Origin: Longimicrobiales bacterium
GTDB lineage: Bacteria; Gemmatimonadota; Gemmatimonadetes; Longimicrobiales; Gaopeijiaceae
NCBI GenBank assembly: GCA_963664435.2
Contig: CAXXKM010000003.1
Location: forward strand, 1,024,001 to 1,088,000
DNA length: 64,000 bases
Direction: 5' to 3'
The translations under genes and the position numbers were made by a program. Shown here piece by piece: positions 19,464 through 29,050 of this stretch (positions within the stretch are counted from its first letter, which is position 1; every line of letters begins with the position of its first letter). The notes under the pieces are model-generated. The model worked only from the letters and a program-made list of their open reading frames with translations. It was not told the origin of the DNA and did no database searches.

Positions 19464-22400
19464 GTGATCGGCGGGAGCATCCGCCGCCCCGTGGCGGTGG
19501 CGATGGGCTGCCTCGCCGTCGCGCTCATGGGAGCCAGCGCCTGGCGCAACATCCCCATCGAGCTGCTGCCGGATACCGACCTCCCCAGACTCAACGTGGA
19601 AGCGAGCTGGCGCGGCGCTTCCCCGGAAACGGTCGAGGCCTTCCTCACCTCCCCCATCGAATCCGTGGTCCAGCAGGTCAAGGGGGTGGAAAAGGTCATC
19701 TCCGTTTCCAGGGAAGTACAGGGGATGGGGACGTCCAGCATCGAGGTGCATTTCAGCCGCGAAACGGACATGGACTTCGCGCGGCTGGACCTCTCCGAGC
19801 GCCTCTCGGCCCTGGAGGAGGAGCTGCCACCTGCCGTCGAGCGGGTTCTGGTCCGGCCGTACATCCCTCCCGAATTCGAGTCCCGCGGCCAGCGCGGCTT
19901 CCTGCGCTACACCTATACCGGCCCCTACACGCTGGAGGCGCTCCGCTCCGACCTCGACGACCGGGTGGTCCCGGATCTCTCGCAGATCGAAGGGGTGGCG
20001 CTGGTGCAGGCGAGCGGGGGCCGCGAGCGCCTCATCGAGATCGAACTGAACGAGGACCGGGTCAGCTCGCTCGGGCTCTCGCCGGGCATGGTGAACACCC
20101 GGATCAACGACCTCGACCTGGTACGCGAGGCGGGCGCGATCCGGGCAGGCGGCCAGGAATGGTCGGTAACCATCCAGAACCGCGTCGCGCGCGCCGAGGA
20201 GATCCGGAACACGGTGCTGCTCGAGAACCGCGGCAGCGTGGTGCGGGTCTCGGATGTCGCGGATGTGCGCGACAGCTTCGAGGAGCCCCTGGGCTACAAC
20301 CGCATCAACGGCCGGCCCGCGGTCTCGTTCCTCGTGATCCGCGAGATCGGCGCCAACACGGTGCGCGCGGCGGATGCGGTCAAGGCACGCGTGGCGCAGC
20401 TGGAGCGCGCGGGCCTGGCCGGGACGACCATGCTCCTCGACTACGACGAGAGCGAGGACATCAAGGAGCAGCTCACCGACCTGCGGGCCCGGGCGCTGAT
20501 CTCCGCCTTCGTCATCTTCGCGGTGCTGCTCCTCTTCCTGCGCTCGTTCCGCTCCGCCGGGGTCGTCTTCATGACGATCGCGTTCTCCGTCCTCATCTCC
20601 CTGAACCTGATCTACTTCGGGGGCATGACCCTCAACCTGCTCACCCTGATGGGGCTGGCGATGGGGTTTGGTCTGATCGTGGACAACGCCATCGTGGTTC
20701 TGGAGAGCGTCTTCCGCCGCTGGCAGGCGGGGCGGGATCCGGTGGGCGCCGCGACCGAGGGCACCCGCCAGGTCGTGCTGCCGATCCTCACCTCCACCGC
20801 CACGACCCTCATCGTCTTCGTGCCTTTCGTTTTCCTGCAGGGGGAACTGCGGGTGTTCTATGTGCCGCTGGCGATCGTGGTGGCGCTGACGCTGATGGCG
20901 TCGCTGCTGGTGGCGTTCACCTTCATCCCGGCGCTGGCCGCCCGAGTCCTGCCGCGGGTGCGGATGGAGGAGAGAGCCGGCGCCGCGACCGTGCCCGCGC
21001 CGCTCGCGGAGACCGCCGACGCGCCGGGCCGAGAGGCCGCGCACCCCGGCATGACCGGTGACCGGGCCCAGGGCGCCGAACCCGGGCGTTCACCGTTCCG
21101 GCGCGGGCGCGCGACACCGCTCTACACCCGGATCTACTCGACCGTCATCGGCTTCACCCTGCGCCACGCCTGGCTGGCGGTGACGGCGGCGGTGCTGGCC
21201 TTCGGCGGGTCGTATTACCTCTTCGAGAACCACGTGACCCGCGGGGTGCTCTGGGGCGGGGGCATGGGGCTGGACACCTATGTCCTCATCAACATCGAGC
21301 TGCCGCGCGGCTCCGATCTCGAGCGCACCGACAACCTGGTGCGCTCCTTCGAGGAAAGGCTGGCCGCGATTCCGGAGGTCGAACGCTTCTCGTCGACCGT
21401 GAGAGGCACCTACGGGAGGATCACCATCAACTTCCCGGACTCGCTGGAGAACACCGGCATCCCCATGGCCATCAAGGAGCAGATGTTCAGCTACAGCCTG
21501 GGCTTCACGGGCGCCGAGGTGCGGGTGATCGGAGTCGGCCTGGGATTCTACGGCGGAGGTGGGGGCGCCAGCCCGAACTATTCCATGCAGGTGCTGGGCT
21601 ACAACTACGAGAGGGTGCGCGAGATCGCCGAAGACCTGGGCGACCGGCTCGCGCGCGTGCCGCGGGTGCGCACCATCGACACCAACTCCGCCGGGAGATT
21701 CGTCCGCGAGCGCGCCACCGAGTTCGTGGTCGAAGTCAGGCGGGACCAGCTGGCGCGCCACGACATTTCGGTTCAGGAGCTGGTCGCGCGCATGAACGCG
21801 GCCGTCGCCGGCCAGACCAGCGACGCGCAGCTCAAGATCGGCGGCGACGAGGTGCGCTACGAGGTCAAGCTCGAAGGATATCGCGAGACCGACGTACAGG
21901 AGCTGCTCGAGACCATCATCAGCACCTCCTCCGGCACCGGCATCCGGCTGGGCGACGTGGTCTCGATCGCCCCCGTTGACGTGCTCGCCTGGATCCGCCG
22001 CGAGGACCAGCAGTACGAGCGCACCGTGGCGTACGAGTTCGCGGGCCCGCGCCGGCTGGGCGACCAGTACTACGACGGCATCATCGAGTCCACCGAGCTT
22101 CCGGTGGGATATGTGATCGAGGAGGACCAGGGATTCCGCTGGAGCGAGGAGGACCGCCAGCAGATCTACGCGGTGCTGGCGGTGTCGATTCTCCTCATCT
22201 ACATGGTGACGGCCGCGCTCTTCGAGTCGGTGCGCCTGCCGCTGTGCGTCCTGCTCACGGTGCCGATGGCACTGATCGGCGTCTTCCTGATGTTCTTCTA
22301 CACGGGCGCGTCGTTCACCCGGGAGGCGTACGTGGGGGTCATCATGATGGGCGGGATCGTGGTCAACAACGCCATCCTGCTGGTGGACAACATCAACCGT

Positions 22401-22691
22401 GTCCGGCGCGAGTCCGGGGACGACCTGCACGCCGCCATTCTCGCGGGCACGCTCGAGCGGGTCCGGCCGATCCTGATGACCACGGCCACCACGGTGCTCG
22501 GGCTGCTCCCCCTGGTGCTCTTCTCCGAGACCGCCGACTCCACCATCTGGAACGCGCTCGGTTACGCGCTCATCGGTGGGTTGCTGTCCTCCACGGTCTT
22601 CGTGCTGGCCACCACCCCGGCCATCTACCTGCTCATCGAGGGGCGCCGCGCGCGATCGGGACGGATGGCCGCGCGGGCGCCGGCGGCCTGA
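19464..22691 (+). CDS. RND efflux transporter permease subunit 2
   Basis: IRRPVAVAM, GLIVDNAIVVLE, GIVVNNAILLVD, RVRPILMTT. Confidence 0.95.
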   Translation: MIGGSIRRPVAVAMGCLAVALMGASAWRNIPIELLPDTDLPRLNVEASWRGASPETVEAFLTSPIESVVQQVKGVEKVISVSREVQGMGTSSIEVHFSRETDMDFARLDLSERLSALEEELPPAVERVLVRPYIPPEFESRGQRGFLRYTYTGPYTLEALRSDLDDRVVPDLSQIEGVALVQASGGRERLIEIELNEDRVSSLGLSPGMVNTRINDLDLVREAGAIRAGGQEWSVTIQNRVARAEEIRNTVLLENRGSVVRVSDVADVRDSFEEPLGYNRINGRPAVSFLVIREIGANTVRAADAVKARVAQLERAGLAGTTMLLDYDESEDIKEQLTDLRARALISAFVIFAVLLLFLRSFRSAGVVFMTIAFSVLISLNLIYFGGMTLNLLTLMGLAMGFGLIVDNAIVVLESVFRRWQAGRDPVGAATEGTRQVVLPILTSTATTLIVFVPFVFLQGELRVFYVPLAIVVALTLMASLLVAFTFIPALAARVLPRVRMEERAGAATVPAPLAETADAPGREAAHPGMTGDRAQGAEPGRSPFRRGRATPLYTRIYSTVIGFTLRHAWLAVTAAVLAFGGSYYLFENHVTRGVLWGGGMGLDTYVLINIELPRGSDLERTDNLVRSFEERLAAIPEVERFSSTVRGTYGRITINFPDSLENTGIPMAIKEQMFSYSLGFTGAEVRVIGVGLGFYGGGGGASPNYSMQVLGYNYERVREIAEDLGDRLARVPRVRTIDTNSAGRFVRERATEFVVEVRRDQLARHDISVQELVARMNAAVAGQTSDAQLKIGGDEVRYEVKLEGYRETDVQELLETIISTSSGTGIRLGDVVSIAPVDVLAWIRREDQQYERTVAYEFAGPRRLGDQYYDGIIESTELPVGYVIEEDQGFRWSEEDRQQIYAVLAVSILLIYMVTAALFESVRLPLCVLLTVPMALIGVFLMFFYTGASFTREAYVGVIMMGGIVVNNAILLVDNINRVRRESGDDLHAAILAGTLERVRPILMTTATTVLGLLPLVLFSETADSTIWNALGYALIGGLLSSTVFVLATTPAIYLLIEGRRARSGRMAARAPAA

Positions 22692-22694
22692 CCC

Positions 22695-24173
22695 GTGCGC
22701 GTTCGCTTCGCTCCGTCGCCGACGGGGTTTCTGCACGTCGGAGGCGCCCGCACCGCGCTCTTCAACTGGCTGCTCGCGCGCCAGAGCGGCGGGACCTTCG
22801 TACTGCGCATCGAAGACACCGACCGCGCCCGCTCTAGCGCTGCGATGACCGCCGCGATCCGGCGCGGGCTGGAGTGGCTCGGCATCGACTGGGACGAGGG
22901 GCCGTACTTCCAGAGCGACCGGGTGGCGGAGCACACCGCCGCCGGGCGCAAGCTGCTGGCGGCAGGGCGGGCGTACCGCGACTTCTCGACACCCGAGGAG
23001 CTCGCCCGCGACCGCGCCAACATCGCCGCCCTCGCGGGCGAGGCCACTCGGGCGGCCCGGCGGCGGGCGGAGTCGCTGGCGCCCGGGGAAGCCGACGAGC
23101 GCGCGGCGGCGGGCGAATCCCATGCGGTGCGCTTCCTCGTCCCGGAGGGTTCCACCGAATGGGAGGACGCCGTCCACGGCACGATGCGCTTCCGCAACCA
23201 GGACATCGACGACCTCGTCATCCTGCGCGCCGACGACGGCCCGACCTACAACCTCGCGGTGGTATGCGACGACGCTCACGCACGCATCGACATGGTGCTC
23301 CGGGGCGACGACCACTTGTCCAACACGCCCAAGCAGATCCTGCTGGCGCGAGCTCTGGGCTTCCCGGTGCCGCGCTTCGGCCACGTGCCGCTCATCCTCG
23401 GAGGGGACGGCAAGCGTCTTTCGAAGCGCCACGGGGCCACCGATATCGGCGAGTATCGGCGCGACATGCTGCCGGAAGCGATGGTCAACTTCCTTGCCCT
23501 GCTCGGCTGGTCCCCCGGCGACGATCGCGAGGTGATGGACCGGGACGAGATCATCCGGCGATTCTCGCTCGGGCGCATCCTCCGCAAGGGCGCCGTGTTC
23601 GACGCCGACAAGCTCGCCTGGCTGAACGGCCGGCATCTCTCGCGCATGGATCTCGCCCGGCTGGAGGCGCTCGTCAACGCCCGCCTGGCCGACCTGCAGC
23701 AGGCGAACGAGGCGGCGGTCCAGGACCGGCCGGGCTGGTACGAAGGCCTGCTCGACATGCTGCGGGCGCGGGCACGCAGCGTGGACGCGCTGGTCCGCAA
23801 CGTGTTGCTGTACCTGCCCGGCGAGGTCCGGTACGAGCCGGCGGCGGTGCGCAAGCACTGGAAGCGCCCCGCGCAGGCACAGGAGTACCTGGCAGCGCTC
23901 CGGCGGGTTCTGGACGGCTGCGAGTGGCAGCCGGAGCCGCTCGAGCACGCGCTCCGGGGTCTCGCCGAGGATCTCGGCGTCGGGGCGGGGCGCCTGATCC
24001 ACCCGCTGCGGGTTGCGCTCACCGGTCAGGCAGTCAGTCCGGGGATCTTCGACGTGCTGTACTATCTCGGGAAGGACCTCTCCCTCGACCGCATCGACAG
24101 AGCGCTGGAGACGCTCGCCGCGGGGCAGGCGGAGCTGCGGGCAGGGACCCGCGGCCGGGCGGCTCCCGCATGA
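22695..24173 (+). CDS. gltX: Glutamate--tRNA ligase
   Basis: VRFAPSPTGFLHVGG (HIGH), LRIEDTD, RLSKRHGA (KMSKS), anticodon domain PLRVALTG-AVSPGIF. Confidence 0.97.
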   Translation: MRVRFAPSPTGFLHVGGARTALFNWLLARQSGGTFVLRIEDTDRARSSAAMTAAIRRGLEWLGIDWDEGPYFQSDRVAEHTAAGRKLLAAGRAYRDFSTPEELARDRANIAALAGEATRAARRRAESLAPGEADERAAAGESHAVRFLVPEGSTEWEDAVHGTMRFRNQDIDDLVILRADDGPTYNLAVVCDDAHARIDMVLRGDDHLSNTPKQILLARALGFPVPRFGHVPLILGGDGKRLSKRHGATDIGEYRRDMLPEAMVNFLALLGWSPGDDREVMDRDEIIRRFSLGRILRKGAVFDADKLAWLNGRHLSRMDLARLEALVNARLADLQQANEAAVQDRPGWYEGLLDMLRARARSVDALVRNVLLYLPGEVRYEPAAVRKHWKRPAQAQEYLAALRRVLDGCEWQPEPLEHALRGLAEDLGVGAGRLIHPLRVALTGQAVSPGIFDVLYYLGKDLSLDRIDRALETLAAGQAELRAGTRGRAAPA

Positions 24174-24243
24174 AACTCCCGGAAGATCGCGGATGCGGTT
24201 GGGCAGCGCACCGCGACCTGCCCTGGGGCCGGGGAGCCCGGTG

Positions 24244-24846
24244 ATGCAAGCCGGCGGATCAGCTGGTCATCCGAGGCGGTGCGGCACGGCGATGTGGCAT
24301 CCGGGGCGCCGACGCCGAACGGCGAGGTTCGCCGCCTTCACCGTGACCGTGCTGACCGCCCTCGTTGCCCTCGCGCCCACGGCCCTCGCCGCGCAGCGGG
24401 CCAACCGCAAGGCCGTCGAGGTCATCTTCGACGTGCTCCGGCCGGGCGAACAGCCCACCTTCTTCGCCGAGCAGGTCGGGCGCCCCCCCGGGGCCACGGG
24501 CCGCGCCCTGCTGGACGACGAGAACCGGAGGGCGCTGGAGCAGCTCGGTTACGTCGAAGTCATGGCGGTCGAAGATGTGCTGCTCTGCCCCGAATTCCCT
24601 TCCGCCGAGGGTTGCCGGATCAGGGACGGGGGCGTCCTCTACCAGCTCGTCATGCCCGAACCCATCGCCGGCGGGCGGCTTTCGATGCGCGTGGTCCGCC
24701 TGATCGACGGGGCCGGCACCAACGGGGTGATCCGGCGCGAAGTGTGGGACATCCTGATGGTGCCCGACGCCGAGATGGGATGGCGGGCGGCGCGCACCCG
24801 CCTCGACGCCGCCGGCGACGGCCCGTGGGCGCCGCCGCCGGGTTAG
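24244..24846 (+). CDS. Hypothetical exported protein (start 24244 or 24292)
   Basis: Arg-rich N-terminus, hydrophobic stretch and ALA-AQ cleavage site; good GC3 pattern. Confidence 0.6.
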   Translation: MQAGGSAGHPRRCGTAMWHPGRRRRTARFAAFTVTVLTALVALAPTALAAQRANRKAVEVIFDVLRPGEQPTFFAEQVGRPPGATGRALLDDENRRALEQLGYVEVMAVEDVLLCPEFPSAEGCRIRDGGVLYQLVMPEPIAGGRLSMRVVRLIDGAGTNGVIRREVWDILMVPDAEMGWRAARTRLDAAGDGPWAPPPG

Positions 24847-24955
24847 TTGGAACCGGCCCCTCTCTCGAAACCCCTCGCCCGCCGATTCCTCCACACCGCA
24901 GGCTCGACGGAGGACGCTCCGGGCCGGTCGCGGCCCTGGGCCGGCCCTTCCTTCC

Positions 24956-26194
24956 TCAGACCCCGGCGCCCGCCTCCTCCTCCACCCCGTACCGCCGCCG
25001 CACGTAGTCGTCCACGATCTCCTTGAACTCGTCGGCCAGGCCTGCGCCCTTGAGCGTGCAGTAGTGGGCTCCGTCCACATAGACCGGGGCCTTGGGTTCC
25101 TCGAAGGTGCCGGGCAGCGAGATGCCGATATCGGCGTGCTTGGACTCGCCGGGACCGTTCACCACGCAGCCCATGACCGCCACGCGCATCTCCTCGACCC
25201 CCGGATGCTGGGACTTCCAGACCGGCATCCGGTCGCGCAGATAGCCCTGGATATCCTCCGCCAGCTCCTGGAAGAAGACGCTGGTGGTGCGCCCACAGCC
25301 CGGACACGAGGTGACCTGGGGCTCGAAGTTGCGGATCTCGAGCGACTGCAGAATCTGCTTCGCGACCCGCACCTCCTCGGTCCGGTCCCCTCCCGGGCGG
25401 GGGGTCAGCGAGACGCGGATGGTGTCGCCGATCCCCTCGAGCAGAAGCGGGGCCAGCCCCGCGGCGCTGGCGACAATGCCCGGAATTCCCATGCCTGCTT
25501 CCGTCAGCCCGAGGTGAAGCGCGTAGTCGCTCAGGGGCGCCAGCTTGCGATAAACGGTCACCAGGTCCTGCACCTTGGAGACCTTGGCGCTTATGACGAT
25601 GCGGTCGTGGCCCAACCCGACCTCCTCGGCAAGCACGGAGGAGCGTATCCCGCTCTCCACCATCGCATCCAGCACCACCTCGCCGGCGTCGCGCGGACGG
25701 GCGCGCTCCGCGTTCTCGTTCATCAGCTCGGTGAGCAGCCGCCGGTCCAGCGAGCCCCAGTTGACGCCGATGCGCACCGGCTTGTCGTATTCGATGGCCA
25801 GCCGGATGATGCTGCTGAAGTTCTCGTCGCGCCGCTTGGCGCCGACGTTGCCGGGGTTGATGCGGTACTTGGCCAAGGCGCGCGCGCACGCGGGCTGCTC
25901 GGCGAGCAGGATGTGCCCGTTGTAGTGAAAGTCGCCTACGATGGGGACCTCCACGCCCTGGTCGCGCAAGCGCGCCACGATCTCGGGGACGGCGCGCGCG
26001 GCCGGATGGTGGTTGACCGTGATGCGCACGAGTTCGCTCCCGGCGGCGGCCAGGGCGGCGACCTGCGCGGCGGTGGCCTCCGCGTCGGCGGTGTCCGTGT
26101 TGGTCATCGACTGCACGACGACCGGGTGATCCCCCCCGACCATCACGCCCCCGACATCCACGGCCGCCGAGGTCCGGCGTTTCACGTAACTCAT
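24956..26194 (-). CDS. ispG: (E)-4-hydroxy-3-methylbut-2-enyl-diphosphate synthase
   Basis: [66 protein letters not shown]. Confidence 0.97.
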   Translation of the reverse strand: MSYVKRRTSAAVDVGGVMVGGDHPVVVQSMTNTDTADAEATAAQVAALAAAGSELVRITVNHHPAARAVPEIVARLRDQGVEVPIVGDFHYNGHILLAEQPACARALAKYRINPGNVGAKRRDENFSSIIRLAIEYDKPVRIGVNWGSLDRRLLTELMNENAERARPRDAGEVVLDAMVESGIRSSVLAEEVGLGHDRIVISAKVSKVQDLVTVYRKLAPLSDYALHLGLTEAGMGIPGIVASAAGLAPLLLEGIGDTIRVSLTPRPGGDRTEEVRVAKQILQSLEIRNFEPQVTSCPGCGRTTSVFFQELAEDIQGYLRDRMPVWKSQHPGVEEMRVAVMGCVVNGPGESKHADIGISLPGTFEEPKAPVYVDGAHYCTLKGAGLADEFKEIVDDYVRRRYGVEEEAGAGV

Positions 26195-26287
26195 CGCGTT
26201 TCCATGGCTGCGGGTTGTCATTCGCGCTCGATGGTGACAAATCTAGCACCCGGAATCCCTCTCCCTCCACCCACAGCGAGGAAACGA

Positions 26288-26482
26288 ATGTCACAAGTGA
26301 CGATGCGCGTCATCAGGAACGGACCCTGTCGAATCGATGGCGAAATCGAACTCCGAAACGACGCGGGAGACCCCATCGAAACGCGCCCCGGCAAGGCAAC
26401 CTTCCTGTGCCGCTGCGGCGGCTCGGCGAACAAGCCCTTCTGCGACGGAACCCACAAGCGCATCGGCTTCGAGGCGGACTGA
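26288..26482 (+). CDS. CDGSH iron-sulfur domain protein
   Basis: NGP...LCRCGGSANKPFCDGTH. Confidence 0.92.
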   Translation: MSQVTMRVIRNGPCRIDGEIELRNDAGDPIETRPGKATFLCRCGGSANKPFCDGTHKRIGFEAD

Positions 26483-27540
26483 TGAGCCGGGGCGGGCTCG
26501 CGGTGCTGGTGGCACTGGGGGCACTGGCGGTCGCCTGCGGGGATGGATCCGCCCCCGAAGGCTCATCCGCGGCAGACGGAACCGCTGCCGGAGCGGAAAC
26601 CGGCCCGCCCCCGATCGAATCCACGCAGACCGCGACCGGCGACCCCTCCGGCCTCGCGGCGCGCGTGTCAGCCCGGCTGGATGCCCTCCCGGCCCGCACC
26701 TCGCTCTACGCCCGGCATCTGCCCAGCGGTCGCGAGATCGCCATCCGCGCCGACGAGCCGATGAACGCGCTCAGCGTAATCAAGATCCCGGTCATGGTGC
26801 TCGCGTACCGCGACGCGGAGGCGGGCAGGCTCGACCTCGACGAGCGCTACCGCATCCGGTCCGAGGATCTGCGCCGGGGCAGCGGCCTGCTCCAGACCTT
26901 CGCGCCCGAACTGGAGCCGACCTGGCGCGACCTGGTGACCCAGATGATCGTCACCAGCGACAACACCGCCACGGACATCATGATCGCGCGCCTCGGCCGG
27001 GAGCGGGTCAACGAAATGCTGTCGGAGTTCGGGTACGAGCAGACCCGCCTGCGCGCCACCACCGGCGATCTCTTCCGGCGCGTGTGGGTTATGGCCGACC
27101 CCGCCAACGAGGCGCTGTCGCACCGCGAGGTCTTCGAGCGCGGCTTCCCCTCCGACCCGGAGGCATCCGGGCGCACCTTCCGCTTCGAGGGCGACCCGGA
27201 GGAGTGGCTGGGGCGCATCACCGCCCGCGAGATCGCCGGCCTGCTCGCGCAGATCCACAACGGGGAGATGGCGTCGCGCGCGTCGAGCGACGAGATGATC
27301 CGCATCCTGGAGCGCCAGTTCTACAGCACGCGCCTCCCGCGCTACATCCGTTTCCGCGCCTCCGTGGCCCACAAGACAGGCGATTGGCCGCCCTACGCGG
27401 GCAACGATGTCGGGATCATGTACTACGAAGGCGGGCCCACCGTGATCGCGGTCTTCACCAACCAGAACACGGGCGACTTCGTCGAGCTGGAGTCGACGCT
27501 GGGCCGCATCGCCGAGGACCTCGTCAACAGCTGGCGATAG
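26482..27540 (+). CDS. Serine hydrolase lipoprotein, class A beta-lactamase-like fold
   Basis: Lipobox AVAC; SVIK (SxxK), SDN, HKTG; TGATG overlap with the CDGSH gene. Confidence 0.85.
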   Translation: MSRGGLAVLVALGALAVACGDGSAPEGSSAADGTAAGAETGPPPIESTQTATGDPSGLAARVSARLDALPARTSLYARHLPSGREIAIRADEPMNALSVIKIPVMVLAYRDAEAGRLDLDERYRIRSEDLRRGSGLLQTFAPELEPTWRDLVTQMIVTSDNTATDIMIARLGRERVNEMLSEFGYEQTRLRATTGDLFRRVWVMADPANEALSHREVFERGFPSDPEASGRTFRFEGDPEEWLGRITAREIAGLLAQIHNGEMASRASSDEMIRILERQFYSTRLPRYIRFRASVAHKTGDWPPYAGNDVGIMYYEGGPTVIAVFTNQNTGDFVELESTLGRIAEDLVNSWR

Positions 27541-27567
27541 CGGAGCCGCCAACCCTGCGCGACAGGC

Positions 27568-27610
27568 GTACCCACTACCGGTAGGGGCATCCCACGACCG
27601 GTAGTGGGTG
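27568..27610 (+). repeat. Tandem palindromic element, copy 1
   Basis: CCCACTACCGGTAGGGG + CCCACGACCGGTAGTGGG at a 20-bp period. Confidence 0.8.
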
Positions 27611-27644
27611 TCGGGGCTCATTTGCAGCTGGAAAGCACGCTCCC

Positions 27645-27696
27645 TTGACTCGCCCGGACGCGTCCCCTACTGTTGCATCTGTAGTACATGACTACA
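27645..27696 (+). promoter_or_regulatory. sigma70 promoter plus YtrA/GntR-type operator
   Basis: TTGACT (27645-50), 17 bp spacer, TACTGT (27668-73); inverted repeat TGTAGT-acatg-ACTACA (27680-96) just downstream. Confidence 0.75.
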
Positions 27697-27710
27697 ACAG
27701 TTGAGGCGCC

Positions 27711-28115
27711 ATGAAGATCCGACTCAGCCAGGCCGACGGCAGACCGCTGTACGTCCAGATCATGGACGCGGTGCGCAGCGGTCTCGTTCGGGGAAGCCTT
27801 CGTCCCGAGGATCCGCTCCCGTCGGTGCGCGACCTCTCGTCGAGTCTCCGCGTGAATCCCCGGACCGTATCACAGGCGTATGCGGCGCTCGAGCGCGACG
27901 GCGTGGTACAGGTTCGGCACGGAAAGGGCACGTTCGTTGCGCCGGGGGTGCGGCCGGAAGAGACGGAGCGGCCGCGCCTCGCGCGGGAGGTGGCGAGGCG
28001 GGCCCTGGCCGATGCCTCGCGGAACGGACTCGGGCTGGCCGATCTGATGACGGCGCTGCGGGAGGTGGAAGGTGGAGGCGTTCACGGAGACGGAAGCAAG
28101 GAGGATGGACGATGA
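27711..28115 (+). CDS. GntR family (YtrA subfamily) transcriptional regulator
   Basis: PLYVQI, LPSVRDL, VNPRTVSQAY, GKGTFV; short C-domain; followed by an ABC ATPase. Confidence 0.92.
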   Translation: MKIRLSQADGRPLYVQIMDAVRSGLVRGSLRPEDPLPSVRDLSSSLRVNPRTVSQAYAALERDGVVQVRHGKGTFVAPGVRPEETERPRLAREVARRALADASRNGLGLADLMTALREVEGGGVHGDGSKEDGR

Positions 28116-29050
28116 CGAACAGGGCGGCGGCGCTTCCCATCGACCTCGGGAATGGCCCATTCGCGGTCTCGACACGAGGGCTGGCCAGGCGGTTCGGCTC
28201 TACCCGGGCTCTGGACGGCCTGGATCTGCAGGTTCCCGAAGGGGCCGTATACGTGCTCGTGGGCCCCAACGGTGCCGGCAAGACCACGCTGATTCGGACC
28301 CTCATGGGTCTCGTGCGATACCAGGCCGGCACGGTCAGCGTCCTGGGGCGGGACCCGTCCGACCGGGGAGCCGAAGTGCGCGCGGGCATCGGCTACGTGC
28401 CGGAGGACTACCGGGTCGGCTACGCCTGGATGACGGTGGGCCGACTGCTGGAGCACCAGGCGGTCTACAACCCATCCTGGGACGCGGAATACGCCCGCGA
28501 ATTGAGGGCCAGGTACGCGATCGATCCCGGACGCAAGTGTCACGCGCTGTCCAAGGGCCAGAGCCGACGCGTGCAGCTCGTCCTCGCGCTGGCGCACAGG
28601 CCGCCGCTGCTCCTGCTGGACGAACCGACGGACGGTCTGGACCACGTGGTGCGCGACGATACCCTGAGCATCCTGAGCGAACACCTCGCCGATTCTCCGA
28701 CCACCGTTGTGATCTCCACGCACAGGGTCTACGAGGTCGAGTCCCTGGTGGATCACGTGGGCGTGCTGTCGGAGGGACGACTCCTGGGCCAGCTGCCGCG
28801 CGACGAATTGTACGGGGGCTTGTTGCGTTACTGGGCGGATGTCCCCGAAGGCTGGAGGGGACCTGGCGAGTTGGCAGGCTGGGTGGTCAAGCGCAGCGAC
28901 GCGGCCCGCGGGATCGAATGGACCGTGTGGGGCGACCGCAACGCCGTTACGCGCGAGCTGTCCCAGGCGGGCGCGGAGGTTCGTGAGGTCGTCCCCTTGT
29001 CGGTGGACGAAGCAGCGGTGGCATTACTCTCCGGAAGGGAGGCAACATGA
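28112..29050 (+). CDS. ABC transporter ATP-binding protein
   Basis: GPNGAGKTT, LSKGQ, LLLLDEPT, H-loop ISTH. Confidence 0.93.
   Translation: MTNRAAALPIDLGNGPFAVSTRGLARRFGSTRALDGLDLQVPEGAVYVLVGPNGAGKTTLIRTLMGLVRYQAGTVSVLGRDPSDRGAEVRAGIGYVPEDYRVGYAWMTVGRLLEHQAVYNPSWDAEYARELRARYAIDPGRKCHALSKGQSRRVQLVLALAHRPPLLLLDEPTDGLDHVVRDDTLSILSEHLADSPTTVVISTHRVYEVESLVDHVGVLSEGRLLGQLPRDELYGGLLRYWADVPEGWRGPGELAGWVVKRSDAARGIEWTVWGDRNAVTRELSQAGAEVREVVPLSVDEAAVALLSGREAT

Noticed and set aside
14738..24002. Very long antisense ORFs (1708 aa and 970 aa) and similar ones opposite susC and other genes
   Set aside because: Shadow frames of high-GC3 genes; no motifs and typical antisense composition
26482..27540. Bona fide antibiotic-resistance beta-lactamase
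   Set aside because: The fold motifs are present but no class A omega-loop Glu is evident, so resistance cannot be claimed
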